Source of the DNA: a candidate division FCPU426 bacterium
Lineage (GTDB): Bacteria; Oederibacteriota; Muellerivitia; Muellerivitales; Muellerivitaceae
Assembly (NCBI GenBank): GCA_963796105.1
Contig: CAWCKJ010000014.1
Location: 39,369-103,368 of the forward strand
Reading direction: 5' to 3'
Length of the DNA stretch: 64,000 bases
Shown here: positions 38,545 through 47,312 of the stretch, one piece after another
Numbering within the stretch: position 1 is the first letter of the stretch
How the letters are laid out: every line of letters begins with the position of its first letter
Position numbers and translations under genes: made by a program
Notes under the pieces: generated by a model
What the model was told of the DNA's origin: nothing
The model's input: only the letters and a program-made list of their open reading frames with translations
The model's database searches: none

Positions 38545-38647
38545 GCCGGTTCCCTTATGGAACCGGCATATCCACCCGTTGGGCTTTCAGCCCAAGGGCG
38601 ATAAAGACCAACGAATCGTGCGTCGCGGCTTGTGGCCTCGACGCAGG
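38545..38647. repeat. A module with an internal TATC..GATA-closed hairpin (A/B hybrid)
   Basis: GCCGGTTC..GAACCGGCA-[TATCCACCCGTTGGGCTTTCAGCCCAAGGGCGATA]-...GGC-TTGTG-GCC-TC-GACGCAGG. Confidence 0.8.
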
Positions 38648-38657
38648 GGGGTAAGAA

Positions 38658-38906
38658 ATGAAAATACCGAAAATTGTTATCCACCTTGAAGGTGGACTGG
38701 TTCAAAACGTGGTTTCTGATTTCGGGGGGGTTGATTTCAAGGTTATTGACCACGACATCGAGGGAAGCACGGAAGGGGAAACCCAAGTAATCGACGGCCA
38801 GGAAGTCTTAATAACCCAATACGACGAGGCCGAGAAAAACGCCCTGCACATCCGGGAGGTTTTTGACGCCAAAAGTAATTTTTTAAAGGAGAGAACGGCA
38901 TGTTAA
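38658..38906 (+). CDS. Hypothetical acidic protein
   Basis: KIVIHLEGGLVQNV...KVIDHDIEG; resembles the C-terminal half of 28541. Confidence 0.7.
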   Translation: MKIPKIVIHLEGGLVQNVVSDFGGVDFKVIDHDIEGSTEGETQVIDGQEVLITQYDEAEKNALHIREVFDAKSNFLKERTAC

Positions 38907-38920
38907 CCAGTGGAGGACAT

Positions 38921-39088
38921 ATGAAAAGATTCACTTACAAGGCCATCACTTTATTGACCGGTAAATCGAAATTTCATCGGATGAACTGTTACTCCGAGGA
39001 AGAATTTCTTGAGGAACTGGCTAAGTGGAACCGCAATAATAAAACCTTTCAATTTTTACCCTTAATTCTTAAAGGCAAAGGGGTGTGA
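38921..39088 (+). CDS. Hypothetical protein
   Basis: GGAGG RBS. Confidence 0.6.
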   Translation: MKRFTYKAITLLTGKSKFHRMNCYSEEEFLEELAKWNRNNKTFQFLPLILKGKGV

Positions 39089-39089
39089 A

Positions 39090-39278
39090 ATGAAAATGAA
39101 TTGCTGGATTTGCGGGGAAGAGCTTGAAGTCCCGGAAGATCGGTTGAGGGAATTTAAAGTTGAAAATCCTAATGAGGAACCCTTGGCCGCTTGCGGGAAA
39201 ATTTCCTGCTCCCCTTACTTTCAGGCTGTTATGGGCAACTATTTGAAAGCAGTAAAAGCATTTTCAGATTCACCTTAA
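39090..39278 (+). CDS. Zinc-finger-like hypothetical protein
   Basis: CWICG...CGKISC. Confidence 0.6.
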   Translation: MKMNCWICGEELEVPEDRLREFKVENPNEEPLAACGKISCSPYFQAVMGNYLKAVKAFSDSP

Positions 39279-39297
39279 AAGAAACCTGGTCATGTGA

Positions 39298-39569
39298 CGC
39301 AGGGAGGGGAGGACCCCTGCCCTGCACCCACCCTGGCCCGGGCGGCTGGTTCCTTTATTGAACCAGCACACCCAAGTCATGCGTTTCGACTTGTGGTCTC
39401 GACGCAGGAAGGCGATCCCCCGGACCCCCCAGGGGCATGGCCGATTCCCTTATTGAATCGGCACACCCTAACCGTGCGTCTCGGCTTGTACCAGCTTTAA
39501 ATGAGTTGGCATTATCGACCGTCGCCCCTCACCTGGTGGGTGAGGGCGGATAATAGGCCTCAACGCAGG
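39298..39569. repeat. Composite structured block: hairpin + A + A containing B
   Basis: A at 39345-39408; A at 39440-39569 with B at 39491-39553. Confidence 0.85.
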
Positions 39570-39666
39570 GGGAACGCCCACCCCATTTCCTTCAAAATGA
39601 GGTAAAATCGGGTAAATTTATGGAAAAAGTTTTGTCTACTACGGGGACCCGCATTGGACGGGAGAT

Positions 39667-39963
39667 TTAAACTCGTCTTTTCAGCTTTTTAGGATCTTGT
39701 TTTAGGTGGAATACTGCCAGGATTTGAATGTTGGAAGCTCCGTGAACGTAAAAGACGCCATAAGGAAACCTTGGCACAAGGGCCTGTCTTGCGGACTTCC
39801 GGTAAATGGGGAATGCATCAGGGAATTGGCCGATTCTGTCGATGGTGGATTCAAAGGCCGTTGCGAATTGGTCACCTAGATTTGGAGACTTTTCTCGGTA
39901 CCAGCCGATGGCTTTTTCGAGTTCTTAAACGGCATCCGGAAGGAACCGGAGGGTGGGGCTCAA
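39667..39963 (-). pseudogene. ParE/RelE toxin with an in-frame stop at codon 13
   Basis: LSPTLRFLPDAV*ELEKAIGWY...RFPYGVFY...ILAVFH.KQDP. Confidence 0.8.
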
Positions 39964-40172
39964 TGGCTAGGGCGTAGCTTGGATTTGACCTCTTCCCAAG
40001 GAATACCGGCCCCGGGATTGTTTTGATGGAACTCCAGCCGCCGATCTAGTTCGGTTTCTTGCTCTGGTGATAAGCGAATTTCATTGGGATGGAGCGCAAT
40101 ATCGTTCCAAAGTTCTTCCACCAGTTGAAGCTTTTCGGGGGTGCTGAGTTGGAGGATTTCCTTGGGGATCAT
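39960..40172 (-). CDS. Addiction-module antitoxin (TIGR02574-like)
   Basis: LSTPEKLQLVEELW...ELDRRL...IPWEEVK. Confidence 0.9.
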   Translation of the reverse strand: MIPKEILQLSTPEKLQLVEELWNDIALHPNEIRLSPEQETELDRRLEFHQNNPGAGIPWEEVKSKLRPSH

Positions 40173-40529
40173 TCTGGCTCCTGAGGTATTCTTTCCTTGA
40201 ATCATAGACCTGGAAAAAGGTTTGGTCAAGATTCGGGGTTGGGAGAAGGATGAACAGGGGAAAAGAAGCCCAGATGCTAGGGTATGATCTGGTTTCGCGG
40301 AAAAAAGTTGGTGAGATTCTGAGTTTGAAGAAATGATGGACTCGAATAGGACATTTTCGGAAAATCGGCTTTCAATTTGGGGGTTCAGTTGAATAAACTT
40401 ATAGAAATAGCCGTCTGGTTGAATTATTCGAAAATCAGTGTTTCGTAAAATTTTTGAGCTCCTGCCAAATTAGCAGGAGGTCGAAGAGCTTGGAGATGGC
40501 CTGAAATAAGGACGATTATTGAGCGTGCT

Positions 40530-40575
40530 CCTGTCACGCAGGAGGTCGCGGGTTCGAGCCCCGTCAACCCCGCCA
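40530..40575 (+). other. att-like site: 3' half of tRNA-Asp(GTC)
   Basis: CCTGTCACGCAGGAGGTCGCGGGTTCGAGCCCCGTCAACCCCGCCA; no matching 5' half upstream. Confidence 0.88.
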
Positions 40576-41043
40576 TTTTAATAATCGAATGTCACAGGCC
40601 ATTTTAAAAGCCTTTGTTTGCAACGACTTTAACGAGTCTCGCAGACAAGGGCTTTTTTCGTATCCATGGACAACCCGAGTCAACCATGGCTATCCATGGC
40701 AAAACAGGAGTGAATAAGACACGAATAAGACTCCTAATGGGACTTAGGTTTTTGGAAATTGTGGCTTTATTAAATGGTTTTTCGCTTTTGGAGGATAAAA
40801 ATGGACCTCTAAAAACGAGATATTCAACTTTAGAAAGAACCATATTATTTTTAGATTGTGAACTATTCCGGTTTAAATTTCTTCTTTGAAACTCTTTTTA
40901 AAGCCATAAAAAAGCATACACCCCCCCCGTCCTAGCAAGATTTGGTGTTTATTCAGGCCGTAAATTCATTTTTAAGACCCAAGGGGGCACCCAATAGCAT
41001 TAATATTGGACCAAGTTAAATGGCGTTATAAGGGAGTAAGGTG

Positions 41044-41196
41044 ATGAAAGGCATAAGAGACCATAAATCCGCAATAATTGAACTATTAAAGAAAAATAGG
41101 CATTTTCGAAAAGCCTACTTGCAAGCAGCATTTAATGAAGATGAAACAGCAGTGGTTCTTTCGATGCTTCGAGACTTAATGGAAGCAACTAAGTAA
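41044..41196 (+). CDS. Short antidote-like protein (N-terminal half of HI1420-like)
   Basis: MKGIRDH...AYLQAAFNED...LRDLMEA; AAGG upstream. Confidence 0.5.
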   Translation: MKGIRDHKSAIIELLKKNRHFRKAYLQAAFNEDETAVVLSMLRDLMEATK

Positions 41197-41349
41197 AGCT
41201 TAATGAATTTGGTTTTCCTATGACCCTTGTTGGACAATCAAAAACAATCTTTTTCGAATCGGGCATAACTCGGAAATCCGTTACGCTTCGGTCGATATGT
41301 AACAGTACTCTAAATGATTTTCTTCAACAGTCTCCGATTAACATTTTGA

Positions 41350-41703
41350 TTAGGGTATGGATTGTGCGGTGGTTTGCAACTGCTGGTTGATCTGGGAAGA
41401 TTGGTCAGCGGTCAACTCGTGGGTGGCACTACCCTTGAAATCGGTCGCAACCTGTTTGCGAATATCCGATAGTTTTTGACGCAAGGCTTTGGCCTGGTCA
41501 ACAGTCAGTTTCCCATTCTTTTGGTCGATCATGATCTTCTGCCATTGTTGCTTCATCTCAATATTAACTTGGTGCAGGAGGGGATGGGGCGTCAGGGATT
41601 TTCCCCCAGGGTTGGCGACCGGGGTGGGCTGGGTGGTGGCACACAGAGAAGCGGCATAAGAAATTAAAAGAACCGAAATGGCGCTAATGATTAAGCGATT
41701 CAT
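41350..41703 (-). CDS. Secreted helical protein
   Basis: Signal peptide; GKLTVDQAKALR; GGAGG RBS. Confidence 0.7.
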   Translation of the reverse strand: MNRLIISAISVLLISYAASLCATTQPTPVANPGGKSLTPHPLLHQVNIEMKQQWQKIMIDQKNGKLTVDQAKALRQKLSDIRKQVATDFKGSATHELTADQSSQINQQLQTTAQSIP

Positions 41704-42052
41704 ATTGATATTCCTCCAAAAATGGTTTTTAAACCCACTGAAACAACTATGGCTTACCACTCCATTAGACGCTCCACAAGAAGAAAGAGTTGACCGTTAA
41801 TAAATACGAGAAAGATAATTAAGTGAAATTGAAGATTATAAGGGTTTCGGATGCGTCAATCTTTGTGCAAAAAATGTTGTGTAATTTTTGTAACGGTTGA
41901 CTGAACCATGATATAGGTCATAGGGGGTGTTTGGGTTGAAAGGGGTATTGTGTGCCAGTATTTATGCGCAATTGGCTCCTCGAAACGGGAGCTTATCCAT
42001 TCCAAACCCAAAACACTTCAACACTGACCAGTTTATTTATCGAGGGGGTTTG

Positions 42053-43090
42053 ATGAACTTAGTTAACTTTCCGGAATGTAAACACTTAAATAAAATCATT
42101 TTTATTTCGACAATTTATTTTTCTATTTTTGGGATTCCATCAAGTCGACTTTTTGCCCAAGCGTCATTACCCGAACAAAATAAATATGTCCTGAAATCCT
42201 ACATGGTGATTCCGTGGGGGGATGGTAAAGGACAGTTGCCCTTGAAACCGTATCAATTTAATGATTGGCAACCAGATCGAGTCCCGGAAGATGAAATAGT
42301 TATTAGCGAAAAGGAACATGTTGGACCTCATTTTTTTAAGGTTGATGAAAGTGGGGATGTTTTTGTTTTTGATTATGATGGCAAAAAAACGGTAACAAAA
42401 AAATTTAATCCCCAAGGTAATGAAACCGCAAGCATAAATATTTCACCCGACGAATTCTCAATTCAAACAGATAAGATTGTAATTACGAGCGGCAATAAAA
42501 TTATTTTCTTAAATCGGGAGGATTTATCAAAGATCAAAGAAATTGATATACCGGAAGAAAAATACTCGCTCCAACACACGCTTACATTATTTTTAAATGG
42601 CGCACTCTATAAACCATTCGAAAAAGATCAGTTCAAATTATTTGTTTTTGATGAAAATGCCCGCGATCAAAACCCCAATGATGAGAAGAATTCTTATTAT
42701 ATTAAAAATGGATTATTAATGTCTGGTGGCTCAGAAGTAATGAATTTAGTGAAAAAATTTAATGAATGGACAACCGAAAAAATATTTAATTATCAATTCA
42801 TTATTAAGGATAAGTTTGGGGATTTTTATCTCACAGACGTAGAAACCCATGATGAAAATATCGATTATCGGCATAGCGACATTATTGAAAGAACATTATT
42901 TAAATTTGATCCAACCGGCAAGCTTTTGTACCAACTGAAATCCCATCGAGAACAATTTTTTTCTTATGGTCCCATTTCAGAACATCAACTTTTTGTCGAT
43001 CGGAATGGAAACATTTATTCAGCATGGGGAGATGAAAACGGGTTTCATATTGAGGAGTATCGGTATTTAAATGAAAAAGAAAAGCAATAA
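42053..43090 (+). CDS. Secreted hypothetical protein (beta-propeller-like)
   Basis: Signal-like N-terminus; VDESGDVFV, VDRNGNIY. Confidence 0.65.
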   Translation: MNLVNFPECKHLNKIIFISTIYFSIFGIPSSRLFAQASLPEQNKYVLKSYMVIPWGDGKGQLPLKPYQFNDWQPDRVPEDEIVISEKEHVGPHFFKVDESGDVFVFDYDGKKTVTKKFNPQGNETASINISPDEFSIQTDKIVITSGNKIIFLNREDLSKIKEIDIPEEKYSLQHTLTLFLNGALYKPFEKDQFKLFVFDENARDQNPNDEKNSYYIKNGLLMSGGSEVMNLVKKFNEWTTEKIFNYQFIIKDKFGDFYLTDVETHDENIDYRHSDIIERTLFKFDPTGKLLYQLKSHREQFFSYGPISEHQLFVDRNGNIYSAWGDENGFHIEEYRYLNEKEKQ

Positions 43091-43201
43091 AACTTTAGCA
43101 TTGATTTTTCTGTCCTTGTGTAATGCCATTTGTTGTTCTCAAGTCTTTTCACAGACATCGACACCAACTTTTACTCCCGCGCCAACGGTTGTTGATGTTG
43201 T
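43070..43201 (+). pseudogene. 5' stub of a secreted TP-linker protein truncated by IS66
   Basis: MKKKSNKTLALIFLSL...SQTSTPTFTPAPTVVD, then the IS end. Confidence 0.6.
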
Positions 43202-43226
43202 GTAAGCGTCCTGTCAGGCCATATGT

Positions 43227-44906
43227 TTAGTGAGGGGCAAGCATGGTAGGCGTTTTTTCGGTGGAATCTGGTCGGGCAGTCTGGAAGACCGGCGTTTCCG
43301 GAACGGGGCCGAGGACGTAGGTGGCGGGCAACAGTTCTCGGATACGGCTCATGGGGTGGGTTTTCACCCGGCTGATAATGTCGCGAAGATAAAAGTAAGG
43401 ATCAATTTTGTGGCGCTTGCAGGAAGCCACCAGGCTGTAGAGGATGGCCGCCCACCCGCCGCCCGCAACGCTCCCCGCGAACAGCCAGTTCTTGCGGCCC
43501 ACCGCCACACACCGAAGTGCCCTCTCCGCCGCGTTGTTGTCGATGTTCAAATCGCCGTCTTCTACATACCGGTTCAAGGCGTCCCATTGGTTAAACACAT
43601 AAGTCAAGGCCTCACCGAAGGGGCTCTTGGGTAAGGTCACGAGCGCCTGGGTGTCCAACCACTCTTTGAAGGCCTCCAAGATCGGTTTGGATTTCTCGGC
43701 CCTCAAGGCCTGCCACCCGGCGGTATCCAGCGTCTTTTCGTCCGCCTCCCACTCCACCTCGTAGAGTTTTCGAATGAAAGCCATGGCCATCTTGGAGCGG
43801 CTCTTGTCCGACACCTTGGCTTCGTTGAATTTCCTTCGGGCGTGCGCCCAACAAGCCACTTCCACCGCCTTTTCGGGCTTGAACATGCAGTCATACCCCG
43901 TGTAGGCATCCGCCTGGAGATACCCCTTCCAATCGCCCAGGAAAGCCTTCGGGTGCTCCGCCCGCCTATTTTCCGTGAACTCATAGACAATGTTCGCGTG
44001 GGTCTCGTCGCCCACGTAGGTCCACAGGCGGCCTGTCTTCGCCTTACTATGTTTATCTTCCTCTTCGTCCCTTTGCCCCACCGATCCCGGGGGCTCTGAG
44101 GCTCCCGGCGGGGCGCCGTCGTCCAGGTATGGCACCGGCGTATCGTCCGTGTGGATCACCTTGGATTCCAGCACGTCCTGTTTCATGGCCTCGTACAAGG
44201 GTTCCAACAATCCCGCCACTGCTCCCACCCAGCCACACAAGGTGGAACGGCTTATTTCCAGGCCCCCTCTTTCAAATATTTCCGCTTGGCGGTAAAGCGG
44301 CAGGTGATCTGCGTATTTCGCCGTTACCACCTGGGCCAGCAACCCAGGACCCGCGATGCAACGCTCGATGGGCCTCACCGGCGCCTCACTGGTCACCGGG
44401 GCATTCTTACAGCAGGAACAGGCCCATTTTTCCAGGACATCCTGGCGGATATAGGTGACCGCCGGGATGTGTTCCAGGGTGTTTCGCACGTCCTCGCCCA
44501 TCTTCGTCAGGGGTTTTTGGCATTCCAGGCAGGTCTTCTTGTCCTCGCTCAGGGGGTGTTCCACCCGCAAGATGGGCAGGTTCTCGGGCGGCTTGTTTCG
44601 CCCATGGCCCTTCTTCCTCGTGTAGGTCAGCGTTTCGGTTTCTTCTTGGGGCTTTTGGGCTGCGGTCATCTGCCCCAACCGTTCTTCGATCTCTTTGAGA
44701 AAAATCGACAGTTGGGCATCGTTGAATTGTTCGGACTTGCGACCGTACCGACTTTTTGCGGCCAAGTAGAGTTGGTGCCGCAGGCGTTCAATGGTTTCAC
44801 CCTGATCCTTCAAGGTTTCGAAAAGACTTAGGACGAGGGATTTTAGGGAAGCGGAATCATCAGGAAGGGTTTTTAAATCGGGAAGAGTAAGAGGAGAGGT
44901 TGGCAT
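43227..44906 (-). CDS. tnpC: IS66 TnpC transposase
   Basis: KYADHLPLYRQ, HTDDTPV, LQADAY, CWAHARRKF, IDNNAAER. Confidence 0.96.
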   Translation of the reverse strand: MPTSPLTLPDLKTLPDDSASLKSLVLSLFETLKDQGETIERLRHQLYLAAKSRYGRKSEQFNDAQLSIFLKEIEERLGQMTAAQKPQEETETLTYTRKKGHGRNKPPENLPILRVEHPLSEDKKTCLECQKPLTKMGEDVRNTLEHIPAVTYIRQDVLEKWACSCCKNAPVTSEAPVRPIERCIAGPGLLAQVVTAKYADHLPLYRQAEIFERGGLEISRSTLCGWVGAVAGLLEPLYEAMKQDVLESKVIHTDDTPVPYLDDGAPPGASEPPGSVGQRDEEEDKHSKAKTGRLWTYVGDETHANIVYEFTENRRAEHPKAFLGDWKGYLQADAYTGYDCMFKPEKAVEVACWAHARRKFNEAKVSDKSRSKMAMAFIRKLYEVEWEADEKTLDTAGWQALRAEKSKPILEAFKEWLDTQALVTLPKSPFGEALTYVFNQWDALNRYVEDGDLNIDNNAAERALRCVAVGRKNWLFAGSVAGGGWAAILYSLVASCKRHKIDPYFYLRDIISRVKTHPMSRIRELLPATYVLGPVPETPVFQTARPDSTEKTPTMLAPH

Positions 44907-44964
44907 CGCTCTTTGAGACGCACCAACCTCTCCCGAAGTTTCAAACAACTTCAAAAATTCTTCA

Positions 44965-45339
44965 TCACGCCATCACCGGTTGGGGTTTGTGCGACAGGCC
45001 CAGGCTAAACCGTTTGCGCCTCTGTACTCTCGCCAGGCTGATTCCCTCGATGAGCATCGAAAGCTCCGCCGGGCTCATCTCCACGCACGTTCCTTCACCT
45101 TGGCGCATCTCGAAGGTCCCGGCTTCCAGGCGCTTGTACCACAGGCACAACCCATCCCCGCCCCAGTACAACACCTTCAGCCGGTCCCCCCGCCGGTTGC
45201 GGAACACGAACAGGTGCCCACTCAAAGGGTCTTGCCTCATCACCTCACCGGCCAGGGCCGACAGGCCGTCAAACCCCTTGCGCATGTCCGCCGCTCTCGT
45301 ACACACAAATACTCGGATGCCCGCCGAGAGGGTCAGCAC
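44965..45339 (-). CDS. tnpB: IS66 TnpB accessory protein
   Basis: DMRKGFDGL...FVFRNRRGDRLKVL...KRLE. Confidence 0.95.
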   Translation of the reverse strand: MLTLSAGIRVFVCTRAADMRKGFDGLSALAGEVMRQDPLSGHLFVFRNRRGDRLKVLYWGGDGLCLWYKRLEAGTFEMRQGEGTCVEMSPAELSMLIEGISLARVQRRKRFSLGLSHKPQPVMA

Positions 45340-45668
45340 GCCTTTTCCTCCAGGGCTCGGACCAATTCAGCCAACGCCGGGGCGGGCATTTCCCGGTACA
45401 GCCTCAAAACCCGGCCGTTCAAAAGGGTCAATTCCACAACCGGATGGGTTTCGCCACCCGCAGTCACTACTGAAACGGGCAGGAAGGCCTGGCGACCCCG
45501 AACCACAGGGCTCTGGGGACCGGCCAACCGTCTTTTCCAGGCGTAAAAGCTTGGCGGGCTGATCCGACTTTTACGGCAATAGGCCGATCCGCTCAGGCCA
45601 CTACGCTTCCAGGCCCGCAAAACCTCCTCCCACCGCTTTTTATTCCGGAATTTGCTCTGCTTCGCCAT
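45333..45668 (-). CDS. tnpA: IS66 TnpA
   Basis: SGLS..AYCR...SFYAWKRRL. Confidence 0.9.
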   Translation of the reverse strand: MAKQSKFRNKKRWEEVLRAWKRSGLSGSAYCRKSRISPPSFYAWKRRLAGPQSPVVRGRQAFLPVSVVTAGGETHPVVELTLLNGRVLRLYREMPAPALAELVRALEEKAC

Positions 45669-45679
45669 GGTTTTCCTCC

Positions 45680-46825
45680 CTAGACAAGATTGGTCTCCAT
45701 GGTGGTTTCTACGGGAGGGTGGCAGGATTGGCTAGATGGTGCAACAAGACGCTTACCCTTCAACGCAGGATGAACAATTTTCCCCTGTTCCAGGTTAAGC
45801 GCATGTTGCAAAACCGGGTCGGCTTCCAAAGCCTTCGGATAGCCCTTATTGGCGATCTTCAAGACATAGGGCAGGGTCGAGTTGGTGAGAGCGTAGGTAG
45901 ATGTCATGCCCACGGCGCCAGGGATATTGGTTACGCAATAATGAACTACCCCGTGCTTCTTATAAACCGGAGCGCTGTGGGTAGTGGGGTGGGATGTTTC
46001 CACGCATCCGCCTTGGTCGATGGCCACATCCACAATGACCGAACCAGGTTTCATGGCTTTCACCATGGCTTCGGTGACCAGCCGGGGGGCCTTGGCACCT
46101 TCCACATATACCGCCCCGATCAACAGGTCCGCATCCGCCACTTCTTCCCTTATGACCCTCCGGTTGGAAACCAGGGTGATCACGTTTTTAGGGAGTATTT
46201 CTTCCAAATGCCGTAAACGGCTGGGGTTGATATCCAGCACCGAAACCCGGGCGCCGATACCCGCCGCCACCTTGGCCGCGTTGGTGCCCACTGCCCCGCC
46301 CCCTAAAACCACCACCTTGGCGGGCTGAACCCCGGCCACCCCGCCTAAAAGGATGCCCTTACCGCCCATGGACCTTTCCAGGTATTTGGCTCCTTCTTGG
46401 ATGGCCATCTTGCCCGCCACTTCGCTCATGGGGGTTAGGAGGGGGTGTTCCCCATCGGGCAAGCAGAGGGTTTCATAGGCCAGGGCGATAATGCCCGATT
46501 TGATCAGGGCGTGGGTGAGAGCCGGTGCGGCAGCCAGGTGGAAATAGCAGAAAACCAACTGCCCTTTGCGGAGGTATCGGATTTCGGAGGGCTGGGGTTC
46601 CTTAACCTTTAGGATCATCTGGGCCTGGCGGAAAAGGCTGGCCCTTTGGGGAACGATTTGGGCACCCGAATCCCGAAATTCCTTGTCCGAAATGCCGCTT
46701 CCGGCCCCGGCGCCCTTTTCGATGAGGACCTTGTGCCCGGCCAAGGTTAGTTCCTCCACCCCGGCGGGGACGACCCCTACCCGAAACTCGTTGTCTTTGA
46801 TTTCCTTCGGAACCCCGATGATCAT
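45680..46825 (-). CDS. ald: Alanine dehydrogenase (extreme C-terminus supplied by IS66)
   Basis: MIIGVPKEIKDNEFRVG, KVKEP, PMSEVAG, VDVAIDQGGC.ETS. Confidence 0.95.
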   Translation of the reverse strand: MIIGVPKEIKDNEFRVGVVPAGVEELTLAGHKVLIEKGAGAGSGISDKEFRDSGAQIVPQRASLFRQAQMILKVKEPQPSEIRYLRKGQLVFCYFHLAAAPALTHALIKSGIIALAYETLCLPDGEHPLLTPMSEVAGKMAIQEGAKYLERSMGGKGILLGGVAGVQPAKVVVLGGGAVGTNAAKVAAGIGARVSVLDINPSRLRHLEEILPKNVITLVSNRRVIREEVADADLLIGAVYVEGAKAPRLVTEAMVKAMKPGSVIVDVAIDQGGCVETSHPTTHSAPVYKKHGVVHYCVTNIPGAVGMTSTYALTNSTLPYVLKIANKGYPKALEADPVLQHALNLEQGKIVHPALKGKRLVAPSSQSCHPPVETTMETNLV

Positions 46826-46966
46826 TAACGGCCCCCTACCGGCTCATGTTTGGCTATTTGATTGTAATCTTTATTCGCGACTCTGCGAAATATAGCCTGA
46901 TGGACCCTCCCCCAAAACGGTAAATTTGAGAGACACCTAAACAATCGGTACAAATCGATTTATACC

Positions 46967-47250
46967 GGTATTTATCCGGTATTTTCATGGTATTAGCCCG
47001 GTATGAATGGCGGTATTTACGGTATAAGCCCGGTATTTGCTAGGTATTAATGGTGGTATGAATGGTATTAGCAGCGGTACAAATGGTATTTGTCCGGTAT
47101 GAACCCGGTATAAATGCGGTATGAGTCGGTATTAGTGGTTGTATAAACGGTATTAGCCCCGGTATGAACGGTATGAGCTCGGTATTAATGGCGGTACAAA
47201 TGGTATTAGCGACGGTATAAATGGTATTTGTACGGTATGAATGGTTGTAC
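46967..47250. repeat. Helically phased GGTA(T/C) array
   Basis: 27 motifs (two are TGTA), spacing 9-12 bp, mean ~10.7. Confidence 0.9.
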
Positions 47251-47312
47251 GGACCAGTTGATTCGGTACACGGGATGTATACGGCCAGTTTGGCCCTGTA
47301 TACACCCTCGGA

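Larger units (their letters stand above)
43202..45756 (-). mobile_element. IS66-family insertion sequence
   Basis: Ends GTAAGCGTC / GACGCTTAC; tnpA-B-C; no 8-bp duplication. Confidence 0.93.

Noticed and set aside
18833..39569. Modules as CRISPR repeats, integron attC sites or known ribozymes/riboswitches
   Set aside because: No regular spacers, no RYYYAAC/GTTRRRY ends or IntI, and no hammerhead or GEMM core recognised by eye. An Rfam search is still needed.
40500..40575. Intact tRNA-Asp genes (also at 59400-59474)
   Set aside because: No GGGGTTG acceptor 5' strand or D-arm upstream; only 3' halves are present.
46967..47250. CRISPR array or coding repeat (ORF 47153-47377)
   Set aside because: The constant part is only 4-5 bp at 9-12 bp spacing, not a consistent multiple of 3, and there are no cas genes.
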